Of a stretch of DNA of 64,000 nucleotides, positions 51,615-64,000 are shown in pieces. Numbering within the stretch: position 1 is the first letter of the stretch; each line of letters starts with the position of its first letter. The stretch spans positions 5,206,093 through 5,270,092 of the forward strand of contig MU058687.1 in NCBI GenBank assembly GCA_013265495.1, in the 5' to 3' direction. The notes beneath the pieces are model-generated. The model was given only the letters and a program-made list of their open reading frames with translations, had not been told where the DNA came from and made no database searches. This stretch comes from Vicugna vicugna. Lineage: Eukaryota. Position numbers and translations under genes: made by a program.

Positions 51615-53829
51615 CACTGAGCCCACTATTTACTGAAGCAGGGATTCTGTGATTCTTTCTTTTGGGAAACCTACCACCTTTCAAGTTGGAAGTTGAAAAA
51701 GACAATCTGGGTGTCTTGGTTTCAAGAGCGCAGGAAATGAATGACACCTAGCAGATCCTCACTGCCCATTCTCAGCACATTATTGATCTGACCTGTATTA
51801 TTGTAAGTTTTTTTTTTCCAGACTGAAGACCAAATTTCACAAACTTACTCTTTTTCAACATTTATCTGTTACAGTTGAAAAACTTCATCTAGATTGGTTA
51901 ATGCTAAGCTGTGTAGAAGCTAAAGATATTGATGTGTTTCCTGGACTCTTACTAGTCTCCTTCATGTTTATTAGTAAATTCACTATAACACATCAGTAGT
52001 TGAAGAGACTATGTTAGCCCTATGGTAGTAGTATTTGGTTTTTCATAGCACACTCTTCTGGACATAAGACATTCATCTCTGGGAAATTTCGCTTACTGGA
52101 ACTTAGAAATCATTAATTGACCCAGCTGAATCAGTGCTCATGTTGAACAGTACTCTATTAGGAGATTTGGTGCATTGTATCCTAATCCAGTCATCACGTA
52201 ACCAGATGTATCAGGTCCTCTCAAAGATAGCAAAGTACAGGGTTAGCGTTCACCAAACATCCGTTGAGTGAAAAAAAAAAATACATCAGCATGACCATTT
52301 TGAGTATGTGACGCTTTTCAGCTGTGTGTCCCTGCAGTTACTCATCACTTCTGGGTTCATGTAAGGCTGTGACTTTATCTTTTACCCAGAAGCTCCTCCT
52401 TTTCCTCTTCTCTCCAGTTTCCAAGAATGCAGCTATTTGTCTCCAGTTTCCCAGGCTTGAGAACTGGGAGACGTTTACCTTCCATATCCACAAATCACCT
52501 AGTCTTATAAATGTCTTATAATAATCTTTCTGGTGCTACTGTCTGGTTCAGGTCATATTAACTTCAGCCTAGATCATTACAACAACCTCCTCTCTTAGGG
52601 CCCTCCTCTGTTTCTTGACTATTTGATCCATATTGACACTATGACAATAGTGATTTTCCTAAAGTGCCATTAGAGCATTCTACTAGCATGCTGAAAGACA
52701 CTTATGACTCATATCTAATGACTGAATAAAAAATAGATGCATATAAAACAATGATCTTTTGCGAGATATTTTCAGTGGTGATCAAAAGTAAAACTATCAT
52801 TTGAAGCAGTTCTAATCCAAATTCATTCCTGAGATTTGAATCTGGGCTGTTTCTCTAGCTTCCATTGTGAATTTCACATCTCCTCTGTAGTATTTTTGCC
52901 ACCAAACTTCTGGGACTTCTAGGAGGAGTCAGCGCCATGTGATACATTTTGATTTATAGAGAGCAATAAACTGGTGGCAATGCAACCAAGCTCCTAAGAT
53001 CATTTTCCATTATTTTTTCTAAATGCAAAACTCCACAGCTGCTAGTCTAATGAATTAGCCCAGCATAGAGTCCTGATTTTTCCATGTGTTTTATTCTCTT
53101 AAAAAATGCTGTTTATATTCATTTAAGAAATCACATAGAAAACGGCAACACATATAAAATTAACTGTGACAAAACCTAACTATGAACATAAATGTTTGAA
53201 TAAATGAATAAAACTTCTGAAAATTTTTAAACAAATGTGAATCTCAAAAACCAAGACAGCTTGAGCTGTAGAGCTTAGCATTTTGTTAGGCATTTCAAGG
53301 AAGAGTAAAGTTGTCCCCTCAAGTCGCTTAGAATAACTCGACAAACAAAAGAAAGAGACAAAACATAAAAGACGATCTAAAACCAGGCACTGAAGTACAC
53401 AGTGCAACTATAATTGCCACAGGTCATTGGTAGAAGAGATAAGAAAGCCTTTAGTAGCCTTGGAAGTGACTTTTTTGGAACAACTATGCCTTGCTCTAAA
53501 TCTTGATACATGGATAAAAAGAGGATAGATAGAGAATAGCACAAGTGTTTTGGTTGAAGGAAATATCAGTAGGTAAGAAAGAAGTGACTACCTGGGGTTG
53601 TGGGAAGGAAAGAGAGCAAGGCAAACTGAGGTTTAAAGCATGAGTGCAATCCACCAGGAGGAAAAGTGGGAGGAGGATGTTCCAGAGGAAGGATATGAAC
53701 AAAGAGCCATCAAAAAGGGTTTCACGTAGAGCATGGCCAGGTGTGTAGGATGGCCAAGCTGTGAAGATAAGAAGAGGCTTTGAAGTGAGATTTATTTTGA
53801 AACGTCTCTGGTATAGGGCTGACAGATTG

Positions 53830-54772
53830 GTCAAATAAAAATCATGATGCCCAGTTTATACCTTCACCTGCCTCAGCTACCACAGATGTTCTAAGAAAGG
53901 TATGGCATGGAGTCTTCACCACTTGGAAGGTACCAGACTGAGAGAGCGGCCAGCTGAAGGCACATCTGAAGCACCAGTGTAGAGGTAACACTCAGGGACA
54001 ATGAGGAGTTATTCTCTAGCATAAATTATATGCATTATATCAAAGATCTGTATATGATACTATGTCTCTAACAGGTAAAGTAAGTGGGTACAAGAAGCAA
54101 GCGGTGTAGTAGTTCTGGTTCCATTAGAGTTACTTACAATGATTCGTGGAAGGACTTTATGCTTTTCATTCTCATGGATTAAATGCTCTGATCCTCAAGT
54201 GGAACACATACTTTGTCAGAGTCACATTGAATAATAAATACGACTGGCAGTTGGGATCTTTTGGATTCTTGAGTCAATGGACCAACAGGTAAGAAGTAGC
54301 CACTGTGGCAAAGACAACTGATCCGGATCATTGAGAAGAGGTAATCCTCCCATCACACAGTGGGGACCATGCGATCCACTTGAGGGCATCTTAGTAATTA
54401 CTAAGGGACATAAATTAGTAATCCATTATTATTGTAATTGGTCAGGTATGGTAACCTAGACCTCAGAAGGGCATAGTGACAAGGAATCCAGGGCCCTCAG
54501 GGATGAGGATTTGGGTCATGCCTACAAGTAAGACACCAGGTTCAACAGAAATGACAGCTAAAGATGAGCGAATATAGAATGGGTAGTGAGGGAGGGAATG
54601 ACAAGTGTCATTTGTAGGCTCAGGACCAAATGCAGTGGTAGAGGCTCGTCTCACTAGGCTCCCTCTTCTAAGTTTACTCCGAGAGGAAAGGCTATCGGAA
54701 TCCTGGAAGATCTGCTCCCAAAACATAGATGAAGAAGTAGACCTGGCTGTATGGAGGCTGGTAACTATGGGG
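53830..54772 (+). mobile_element. ERVL internal region (HERV16/ERV3-16-like) with decayed dUTPase/integrase
   Basis: ggatcttttggattc..actgatccggatcattgagaagaggta resembles the ERVL dUTPase motif GHFG...IDPDYQGEI; ccctcagggatgaggatttgggtca and atagaatgggtagtg resemble the ERVL pol end; runs into an LTR. Confidence 0.75.
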
Positions 54773-55135
54773 ATGTGTTGCCTAGATTCACCTCCAAGGA
54801 AGGAATTGCCACTCAGCTCTGAGCAGTATAGCACCTCCTTTGGTGTCTACTTTGGCTTCAGAGAGCCATCTGGTCTATGGTAATGCTCTTCCTCAGCAGT
54901 CCATATCTGGTGACCGTGGGAGTCATTGGCATGGATGCCTGGCCATCTCAACTCAATACGGGACAACTTTGATGGATATATTCTCTCTAGAACGCTCTCC
55001 TGGGCTGGGTGATGGTTTGTCAGGCAGCATTGCAGTTCAACTTCTCCCTCTGCCCACTAATGATCCTCCTTCTTCCTTTTGCAGATGTTGACCCCTAATA
55101 AACACCTCACATTCCATACCCAACCTGAGATAACC
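54773..55135 (+). mobile_element. LTR16A-like 3' LTR
   Basis: cctccaaggaaggaattgccactcagct, tgcagttcaacttctccctctgccca, gatgttgacccctAATAAAcacc. Confidence 0.8.
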
Positions 55136-55381
55136 GACGAGAGCTTTGCAAGGATCTGAAACTGGGTTTCTAGGGGTATATTGGGACTTAGGTTCCCAAT
55201 ATTAAGTTTCCAATATGTTGAGAATTACGTTCCCCCAGGAGCAAGTTCTCACTGAGAAACAATTACATTTGCACTGTAACTATTATTACCCAATGAAGCA
55301 GTAGAGATAGTAGTAATTTTAAAAAGTCTTTCTTGATCCAGAGAACCTGAGCTTGAACCCTGACTCTAACATTCCCTAGAT

Positions 55382-55588
55382 CAATGGTTCTCAATTGGGG
55401 TAATCCTTCCCAAAACATTTTGCAAAAACTTAGATGCATTTTTGATGGTTAAAAATGGAAGGGGATGCCACCAATATCTGTGATGGAGACCACAAATACT
55501 GTCAGTCATCTTATAATGCACAGAATAGCATGGACAGCAATGAAATCTCACTCAAAAATGTCAGTTGTGTTAAGGTTGAGAAACCTTG
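55382..55588. mobile_element. MER20 hAT-Charlie DNA transposon inserted in a MIR
   Basis: TIRs caatggttctcaa / ttgagaaaccttg; catcttataatgcacag, aaaatgtcagttgtgttaaggttgagaaacc; TSD ccctagat/ccctaggt (7 of 8). Confidence 0.9.
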
Positions 55589-55631
55589 CCCTAGGTGAAT
55601 AACTTTGTGGGAATTATCTACTCTTACTAAG

Positions 55632-56018
55632 ACATTAGTTTCCTCTTGTTGCTGTTAACAAATAATGACAAACTGAGTGGCTTAAAATGACACTCTCTTA
55701 CAGTTGTGGAGTCCAGAAGACTGAAACCAGTCTCACCTGGCTACAGTCAAGGTGCTGGTAGGACTGGCTACTTCTGGAAAATCTAGGGGAGAACTTGTTT
55801 CCTTACCTCTTCCTTCTTCTAGAGGTCACCTGGACCATCGTCCTTTCTTGCATCTTTCCAACTTCTGCCTGCAGAATCATATCTTCTACTCTGTGTGTCT
55901 TGACTCTACAGCTTCCCTTTTATAAGAAATCTTGTGATTATGTCAAGCCCACCTGGACGATCCAGATGATCTCCTCATTTTATCCTAAGGATTAGGACAC
56001 TGGGGTCTATCTACCACG
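55632..56018 (-). mobile_element. MLT1A/D-like MaLR LTR inserted in the same MIR
   Basis: attagtttcctcttgttgctgttaacaaat..ctgagtggcttaaaa..gtcaaggtgctggtaggactg; the MIR resumes at aacctcagttttcttatctgcaaagtgg. Confidence 0.8.
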
Positions 56019-58189
56019 CTAAACCTCAGTTTTCTTATCTGCAAAGTGGAGATGAGAGTAACTGGCTTTTAAAATTCTTGTGGGGTAAGAAGAGTGATTG
56101 TATGTATAGATTTTAGCAGAGTATCTGACACATAATAACTATGGCCAACATTAGTGTGTCCTGACAAATATTACTTAACCAGGGCTATGATATTAATAAC
56201 ACACACACTATTTATATCATGGCATTTTAGCCATGACCTCCAGGCTTTATCTATGGTGGCAGACACAGCAACTGCTTCCATATTTCCAGGATACTTCTAA
56301 CATGCCTCTGGCTTTGGCACAGTGAAAGATTTCAACTGGTACATCTTATTACATGGGTGGTCGAGTTATTGAACTCTATTGACAAAGGGTTGGATTTTCC
56401 AGCAAGATGGAGCTTCATTAAAATTCTGCAGAGCCTTAAAATTCAATAATCTTTCTCACAAAGCACTGCATGAGCAGGGCTGATTAGGCAATTTCTTTCT
56501 CGTTCCATTTCTTTTGCTAAAAGCATTGTTACTTATTGTTTGGTACAAAAAGACAATCATTAAATGAGCATTCGCTACAGGTGATTAAGCGGAAAGTTTT
56601 AAAGGTGTACTGACTCCTTTCTCAAGGCCTAATTGAGGGCTTGAAAGGGGAGGGGAAAGATAAAACAAAACACCATTACTGAATTCTGGACTGAAATATG
56701 AAAAGCATGATGCTAATAAATACTGAGCAGTTTATTTCTTTCAGACTCTTGATCTCTTTCTTGTCTACTCAAACTTGCTTCTTCTCCACCAATCCATTGT
56801 CTTCCTTCTTCTCCTGCTCAACCCTCTGTCTGCTCTCCTACATCTTTCCAGAAGAATTAACTCATATTGAACATAATACACAACTGTGCCCAAAGAGGCT
56901 CACATTTTCAAGATTAAATCTAACATAATTATTGGAACTGAGAGTAGGTAACAGCAAGTATCTATATTTCTAACACCTGTTGCATCAGTGGAATAATTCT
57001 AGAAACCTGGACTACCACATCTAAGTAAAATTTCAGGATATGACTAAGGAACTTCCCCTTCCATTCACGTATGCTCTGTCTCTCCCTCTCTCTCTCTCCC
57101 TCTCTTTCCTCTTTCCTCTCTTTATTTTTACATCCTGACGGAAATAGGCTGTCACAGAACATTTCTAATCTGGTTTTGCCAAGAGAACAGAGATGTTTTT
57201 AACCTGTTGTGTTCACTGATATATATCAGGTACTTAGAAGAATGTCAAGCACATAGTTATTTGATAAACATTTGCTGAATTAAATGGTTACTAATTAATC
57301 TCGGGGGCAATAACAGGTAAGACCTGTCCTGTGCAGATGTCCTATAGATAACCATAGCTTGATAGGGTTCTTCAACTTGAGTTCTTATGAAGACAAAAGC
57401 ATTACTAATTGAAAATATCACCCAGCACTATGAGAAAATAAGGCTATATCTGTGTCACTGTCTATTATTTTATGATTAACTGTATTTAAGAAAAATGGAA
57501 ATGATATCTACTGGGGTTCTAATAAAATTTTTCCAATTCACTTACTTAAGGAGCCCTTAAAAGACCTTTACTAAGGTGGACAGTATGAAATGACAAGCAG
57601 AAAGAGCAGACTGGATGGAAGCTTATTGCAGGACAGCTGCACTGTGAGTCCAGATACGCAAGTCACAGGCAGGGGAGGCAGAAGCTACACCTCAGGATTC
57701 ACAGAGATGGCCCCGAGTACTGAGATGCTGCCTCAGGAACTGGGGAAGTGCTGCAGCTGACAGACCCTGGCAGGCCAGCCTGGTATGCTGAGAGAGCGGA
57801 ACTTTGAGCAAAGGCTTCAGGTCGGTGACAATTACAGAAGGCAGTGAAGAAAACAGTAACATTCATTGTGGGTGACAGCAGAACCAGGCTCCAAAGATAA
57901 CTAGCATTTTCATAATTTGAGTCCAACCAGCCAAAAAGCAATGGGGTTGGGAAGTCTTTTGACTCTAAAGAACCCAAGCTCCATGCGCCTTGCTCGAGTC
58001 TACACGTCTTTCCATGTGACTGTCATGCTCTACACAAAGTCATAAAATAGTCCATCATGGTTTCCAACTCTTTGTTTTATTGGTCCATCTTCCTTTCCCA
58101 CTTTGGAATCCCACATTCTCAGAAAATTTTCTTCTTCACCTTCTTTGAAAGACCCCACTCTCAGACTGCGTATGGGAAAAAATCAGCCT

Positions 58190-58596
58190 GTGTTCCGGGT
58201 GAGATTAGTGTTGAATCACTAGCCTGAGTGAGGCAGATTGTCCTCTTCAGTGTGGGTGGGCATCGCACAATCTGTGGAGGGCCTGAAGAGAATCAAATTG
58301 CAGGAGAAGGATGAATTTCTTCTTTGCCTGACTGCTTGAGCTGAACATTGGACTTCTCTTACCCCTGAACTCAGACACCATAGGCTCTCCTGGTTCTCAG
58401 GTCTTTGAGTCAAAGACTAAACTATATCACCAACTTTCCTGGGTCTCCAGCTTTCAGACAGCAATTGCAGGACCTCGCCTCCATAGTCAAGTGAACCAAT
58501 TCATTATAGTGTCTCTCTCTCTCTCTCTATGTGTGTGTGTGTGTGTGTGTGTGTATAAATATATGTGTGTCTCTCTGGACAACCCTTATAAATACA
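58190..58596 (+). mobile_element. MLT2D-like ERVL LTR (5'-truncated) with (CT)n(GT)n
   Basis: gagattagtgttgaatc..gcagattgtcctc..tgtgggtgggcatc..ctctcctggttctcaggtcttt..ctctctggacaaccctta taaataca. Confidence 0.88.
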
Positions 58597-59108
58597 AAAT
58601 GTGATGAAATGTTTCTGGTTTTCATTCTTAAAAATAAAATACTGATTTGACACTTTTCCTTTACTACTCAGAGGCAGTATTATAGCATCCATTTTCATAG
58701 AGTGTTCTGTAGCCATTTTTGAGACATTGTGCCTTTTCCTTCGGGTTCATAGTCATCGTCTCTTACTGATACCAGGATGCCTATCTCCAGTGGAAATAGA
58801 GCCGACAGAACTACAAAGCATGATATAAATCTTTCAACTGCACTTAATCTATCTGAGACCTAATGTTCTCATTCATGAAATAAAAATAATTGTTGTGAGA
58901 GTTGGAAAAAATAAACACAATCATACTGCCTAATAGGTATTCAAAAATGGTAAGTATTAGCACTATAATAAGCAGCTAATTGGAATGATAGTGTATATAA
59001 GAGGAAGTAGAGGCATGAGGGATAGTTGAGGAGCAGAAGGATAATATTGGAGCTCAGAAGTATAAGAACTTCCATATCTTTCCACTGTCCGGTAGCCTTG
59101 ACTCTACC

Positions 59109-59253
59109 TGTGTCAGTCATCGTCTAAGGCATAGCTCAAAACTCCACACCAAGAATCCAGAATTAACCCCTTTATCTCTCAGAATTCAACCAGTAAGATT
59201 AGATAGATAGATAGATGGATGGATAGATAGATATTAGATAGATAGATAGATAT

Positions 59254-59314
<61 letters not shown>

Positions 59315-59658
59315 TTTTAAGGAATTGGCTTATTCTATTTTTGAGGATTTATAGGTGAGTCAGAAATGTGTGGGACAGGCTATTAGGAAGGAAAAACTGG
59401 AACTCTTCAGCATGAACTGAAGCTGCAGTCCATAGGCAGATTATCTCCTTCCAGACAACCTCAGCTCTGCTCTTTCAGTCTTTCAACTGATTGAATCAGG
59501 CTCATTCATATTATCTAGAATAATCTCCTCTTCTTGAAGTCAACTGATTCTGAACATTAATTACATCTACAAAATACCTTCACACCAACACCAATATTAA
59601 CGTTTGACAAATAACTGGAGACTATAGCCCAGCCAAGTTGACACATAAACTGACCATA
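59109..59658 (-). mobile_element. MLT2E/F-like ERVL LTR containing a GATA array
   Basis: ttttaaggaattggctta, ctttcaactgattgaatcaggc, catctacaaaataccttcaca, cccagccaagttgacacataaactgacca. Confidence 0.88.
59201..59314 (+). repeat. (AGAT)n tetranucleotide microsatellite
   Basis: Interrupted array ending in 15 perfect AGAT units (59255-59314). Confidence 0.97.
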
Positions 59659-60007
59659 ATCCTTCACCCCATAACCCTTATATCTCCATCAAAGTACTAA
59701 TCATGGTGGGTCTTGTTTTTGAATTAAGTACACAGGCATATGCTTTTCTTCCAACAAAGAAAATGTTGAGAGCAAAACCCATGAATTAGCACTGTTGTCC
59801 CCCAAAGGCCTGAAATTGGAACTCTATATACATTGATTAATTAAATTTCTCCACTTCATATTAATAGAGTTCTATTTTCAGGTAGCTGAGTTTGCTAGAA
59901 GTTTCATCTCTGCAGTACATTGGCTGAAGGAAGTAGCTAGTATTCATTTCTCCATTCTATAGAAGAAAAATTATGTAACATCTAAATTAAGATCTTTAGA
60001 AGATATA

Positions 60008-60060
60008 GTGTGTGTGTATAGGTGTGCACACGTGTGTGTGTGTGCGCGCACGTGTGTGTG
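60008..60060 (+). repeat. (TG)n/(CA)/(CG) alternating purine-pyrimidine tract
   Basis: gtgtgtgtgtataggtgtgcacacgtgtgtgtgtgtgcgcgcacgtgtgtgtg. Confidence 0.85.
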
Positions 60061-61889
60061 GCAGACTGATGAACAAAATAAATGAGACAACTTCACTTTA
60101 CCATAATTTTCTCAGCATATCATCTGTAGACTAATGTGTCTGTGTAGATTATAAATTGTAGAAATGCTGTTCATTATTTCTGAACTGGTGATCCCTCACC
60201 GAGAGAAAAATTAGACAGAGGTATAGATATAGACATAGTTAAAGATATACACATATGCATTATTATTTTAGTAGATGTTAATGGTTGGAGGACAAGTCAA
60301 AGAGTCATTTCTGGAAGGACTTTTGAGTCAACTTTTCTATGTGGCCATCATTCCTGCCTATGCAAAAATAAATGAATAAAATAGAAATAAGTTACAATGA
60401 GGAAATAATTTTATCCTTTGGAAAATGCAGAAGTAATCACATTGTGCCCTGGAACATGTTTCAGGATAGAAAGAAGGATGTTAAATAATACTTTAATATA
60501 GAAATAATGGATAATGGGAGATGACTGAGGAAAACGATGCCTGTTTAGAAAGATAAGCAAGTAGATCCTAGTGTTATCTATGGGTATGTCTTATTTCGAG
60601 TGGTAAGGTGTGTAATGGAATGTCTCAGGAGACGGTGTTCTGAAAAGCCTCCAGGGGCTTACAAGCCCCCAGGTAGATACAGCTCACTTAAGGGCATATT
60701 GGTGATGATAACCATGAGGAGAGGAAGCACTTGAGAGGACCACACCAAGTTATGCAAATGCAAGGCCAAGAGGTACCCACTGTCCTGAAAGAAAAGTATT
60801 ACAAAGATTTTTGTGGCCTAATAAAGAGGAACCTACCTTGTTTCCCTGGGGTAGGTGGGTTCCAAGGCAGGAGGAAATGATATGCATAAATAGAACAGGA
60901 CCAGGGCTTTCTGGAGGGAAGGCAGAGCCAAAAATGGTGCATGTGTGCGTGCAGGCGTGCACACGTGCGTGTGCAGGGGGACATTATAGCCTACTGTGAT
61001 CAAGAATGGCTGCAGGCAAGATGAGACACTGCATGAATTCATCAAGGGAAGGAAATCATGGACTGGGAAGCTGAGCCTCTGGGGCCTCCAGGTCATAAGG
61101 AAGGCTAGTTCCAGGAAAGTCAAGGTCCCTGAGTTCACAGTTGTCCTAGGAGGGCAGAGTGACTTGGAGAACCACGGCTGAGTGTAAAGTGGTATTTTCC
61201 TTTATACTCACTCTGAAAAAGCCTAAACTAGGGCAGGAGATGTATTAAAGAACGAGCCTCACTTGGTGAATTTAAAACTCCTGTCCGAAATAAGTGATTT
61301 TCATGACGACTATGAGTCCTTGCATTGAGACTGCTAAACCATTCGTGCCAATTTTTGAAGAACCATGATTAAAAGGAAGGTACAAGCAGACAGGAGATGA
61401 GCAAATGGGGTTCTGTGAACAACTGCCTGGTGAGATTATTGTCAATTTGGAGCAATCTCTTCACTTAAAAGGTGGTTTATGAGCACTTTCCTCACAGTGA
61501 TTATTACTTCATTTTTAGACATTAGTTCACGATAAAAAATGCAATCAGATCCACTTAATTTTATTTTTGGATCATTTTTATACTGGTAAACTAGAGCAGA
61601 GCCCTGTTTAGAAATAATGCTTCCAAAATTTAACCCAGAATTGACAAGGTGACTCCCTGAAATGCTGTGGACAAGAGGGAGAGATTCGCCTGGATAATAC
61701 ACAGTTAGGTGGCTTAGTAAATACATACATTTATTTAGTAACTATGCTCAGTGAGTGACAACAGACTGATATGAATATTGAAGGAGATCTCGTAGGTAAT
61801 GTTATCTTTGGATTTGTTCTGCTCAGTGTTTCATAATTAATGATTATGTGAAATCATAAATAATATTAATAGCTAATTAATAATTAGCT

Positions 61890-62085
61890 AATAATAATAG
61901 TAACAGCTAAGTTTACTGAGTTTACACTGTTCCAGATGGCACCAGGTTGCATGTACTTTCTCATTTAATTGTCTCAAAACTCTATAAGGTAGATAATATT
62001 ATCCCCCATTTCAAACGAGCATACTGAGAATTAGAGATATTTCAATCACAACTAAATAGCAAAATAGCAGTGAAGTGATGTCTCA
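61890..62085 (-). mobile_element. MIR SINE
   Basis: aacagctaagtttactgag..tctcatttaattgtctcaaaactctataaggtagataatattatcccccatttcaaacgagcatactgag. Confidence 0.8.
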
Positions 62086-63471
62086 CTCCACCTGATCTTT
62101 TTTAAATCCTGAAGAAATCTTAGAAGTAAGAGGAAGACTTAGATTCCAGCAACTGACAACAACAATAGCAAGGTCAAAGGCCGTGGGAAAGTCTGGACTC
62201 CATCTGGCTGGTACTGCTAGTGAAAGTAAGACAATGATTCTAAGACAGAGGTGGATGTTCATGCTACTTGCCTGGGGTGCCCCGAGACAACCACTGGCTG
62301 CCACCTTAACGGGAGAAATGACAGCAGTGAACCAGACGTGCTGGAATGAGGATTTGATGAAAACAGGTGTGCTTAACCAGTTCTCCCCAGACATTCGCTC
62401 CCCACTCCTTCAGATCAAAACCTTCAAGGCTGGCATTATGCTCGAAGGAAATCTCCTCCTTTCACTGCCTTTCCAAGGTGTAGAAGATGAAACGACGCCC
62501 AGAAGAGCTGCATGGTGGGGTGGCAGCAAGTAGGAGTGGTAAACAAGCGATCTCTGGTACCTGGAGTGCTCAGTCAACAGGTTCATCCCTTCCCGTTTCC
62601 TTGAATGCCTTAGGCTTTAACACAGATGAAAGCTTTTTCCTAAATTTTTCTCCAGATCACATTAGCAATCAGAGTAGCTGTTGCCTGCAGGGAACACAAA
62701 CTCACAAGCTGTAATAACTAAACATCGCAGTGGTACAACTACCTTAAAAGGCACACGGGACTTGGATTGTGTATGTACCTTTTCAAGTAACAGTATTAGA
62801 GATCTGATGCACTAAGATTTTTAAGTACTTTGGGAAATATGGAAAAATATAGTCATTATAATACGAGAAAATAAAATCATTGAAAAGCCCACCGGAAATA
62901 TTAGGCTCATCAAATATAAGAATTTGACTCCTCTCTCTGGATATGATGGAGGAAATGGAATTAAATTTTCCCTTCAATAATGAACAAATAGAAAACTAAA
63001 ATGTATGTCACTCACATTGTTATCAGACATTTGACAACAGGCAATGAGGGCCTGTGGCACCTGAGAAAAAGGAAACAAACGTATGAGCTCAGTCATTTCC
63101 CCAGATCTCTACCTTGAGACATTTTTCCGATTGCAGCAACAACATAACCAAGTAGTGTTGAAGACCAGAGACTGGAAGTTGAGGCAGTTAGAATTTGTAG
63201 AGTAGATGGCTACAAATGAGGAATCGCTCATAGAAAAATGCAGAGGAGTTTAACTTAAGTCATTGATGACTGAGTTGAGGGTAGAAAATTCCATGAGTCC
63301 GGGCAAAGAACCACCACAGGCAACACAATGCCCAGAGCTCACATCCAGTGCTGGTGCTGCAGTGTTCACACTTTGACCTGCTAACATGGGGAAACCTTAT
63401 TGAAGATTCAAGATATTTAGTATAGAGCTCATAGTGGCCATGGTTTATCTGTAGGGCTAAACCTGACAGGA

Positions 63472-63935
63472 GCAATAGCTCTCAAGTGTGGTCTGTGGAA
63501 CACTCGGTGGACTAGAGACCTTGTCAGGGGTCCAGAATATCAAAACTGTTCTCTTAATTAGTCTTTTTCACTATGTTGACATTTACATTAAAGGTGCAAA
63601 AGCAACTGTGGGCAGTTACTGGTGATTTAGCATTAATCAAGGCAGCAGCACAAAACTATTAATTAGTCATCATATTCTTCACCTCAGTGCATGTGTGGTT
63701 GGAAGAAAAAAGCAAGTTTCAATTATGAATGTTCTTGACGAAGCTGTAGAAGTAATTAATTTTGTTTAATCTCAGCTCTTGTTTACATGTATTTTTCTTA
63801 TGCTAAGTGACAAAATGAGACGTACACAGAAAGCCCTTCTGCTGTATACTGAAGTGTAGTGATTGCCTCAAGGAAAAACACTCATGCAATTGGTTGAATT
63901 ACCAGATGAACAATTCACTCTTCTATGGAATACAA
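63472..63935 (+). mobile_element. hAT-Charlie transposon fossil with decayed transposase
   Basis: 63725-63910 translates to MNVLDEAVEVINFV*SQLLFTCIFLMLSDKMRRTQKALLLYTEV**LPQGKTLMQLVELPDE, matching the Charlie/Buster motif VLDEAVKIINFIKSR...LLLHTEVRWLSRGK; 5' end caatagctctcaagtgtggtc is Charlie-like. Confidence 0.88.
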
Positions 63936-64000
63936 GTAGAGATTTCTTAAAGTTTCATTGCAGTGTGGCATCTGAAGCCACGTCAATGAATGTGTATACT

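Noticed and set aside
62083..62714. Overlapping 75-116 aa ORFs
   Set aside because: No recognisable product or exon boundaries; the region is only slightly GC-richer unique DNA.
1..64000. A novel multi-gene system, operon or CRISPR array
   Set aside because: This is eukaryotic repeat-rich DNA with no gene-sized ORFs and no regularly spaced repeat-spacer array. The longest supplied ORF is 162 aa, and many start at TTG/GTG.

Overview
This is AT-rich, CpG-poor mammalian genomic DNA, most likely from a camelid (alpaca, llama, vicuna or camel). It carries two tRNA-Ala-derived vic-1-type SINEs and artiodactyl-type L1 3' ends, and I saw no Alu, B1, Bov-A/BovB or PRE-1. It reads as intronic or intergenic sequence dominated by interspersed repeats: MaLR/ERVL/ERV1/Gypsy-like LTRs, L1, L2, MIR, hAT DNA transposon fossils and microsatellites, many of them nested with recognisable target-site duplications (TSDs). 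I found no intact protein-coding gene, CpG island or functional RNA gene. The supplied ORFs are chance or repeat-derived. The only recognisable protein remnants are decayed L1 ORF2, ERVL dUTPase/integrase and a Charlie transposase. One unique segment (about 2.24-2.62 kb) looks exon-like, but I could not assign it to a gene. I cannot support a new biological system here. The most interesting observations are a recent templated-insertion repair scar between two LTRs, a MER41-like LTR with an intact STAT GAS site, an old local duplication at 43.8-45.2 kb, and the candidate exon(s). Repeat family names come from memory of consensus sequences, not from a search, and most boundaries without a TSD are approximate.
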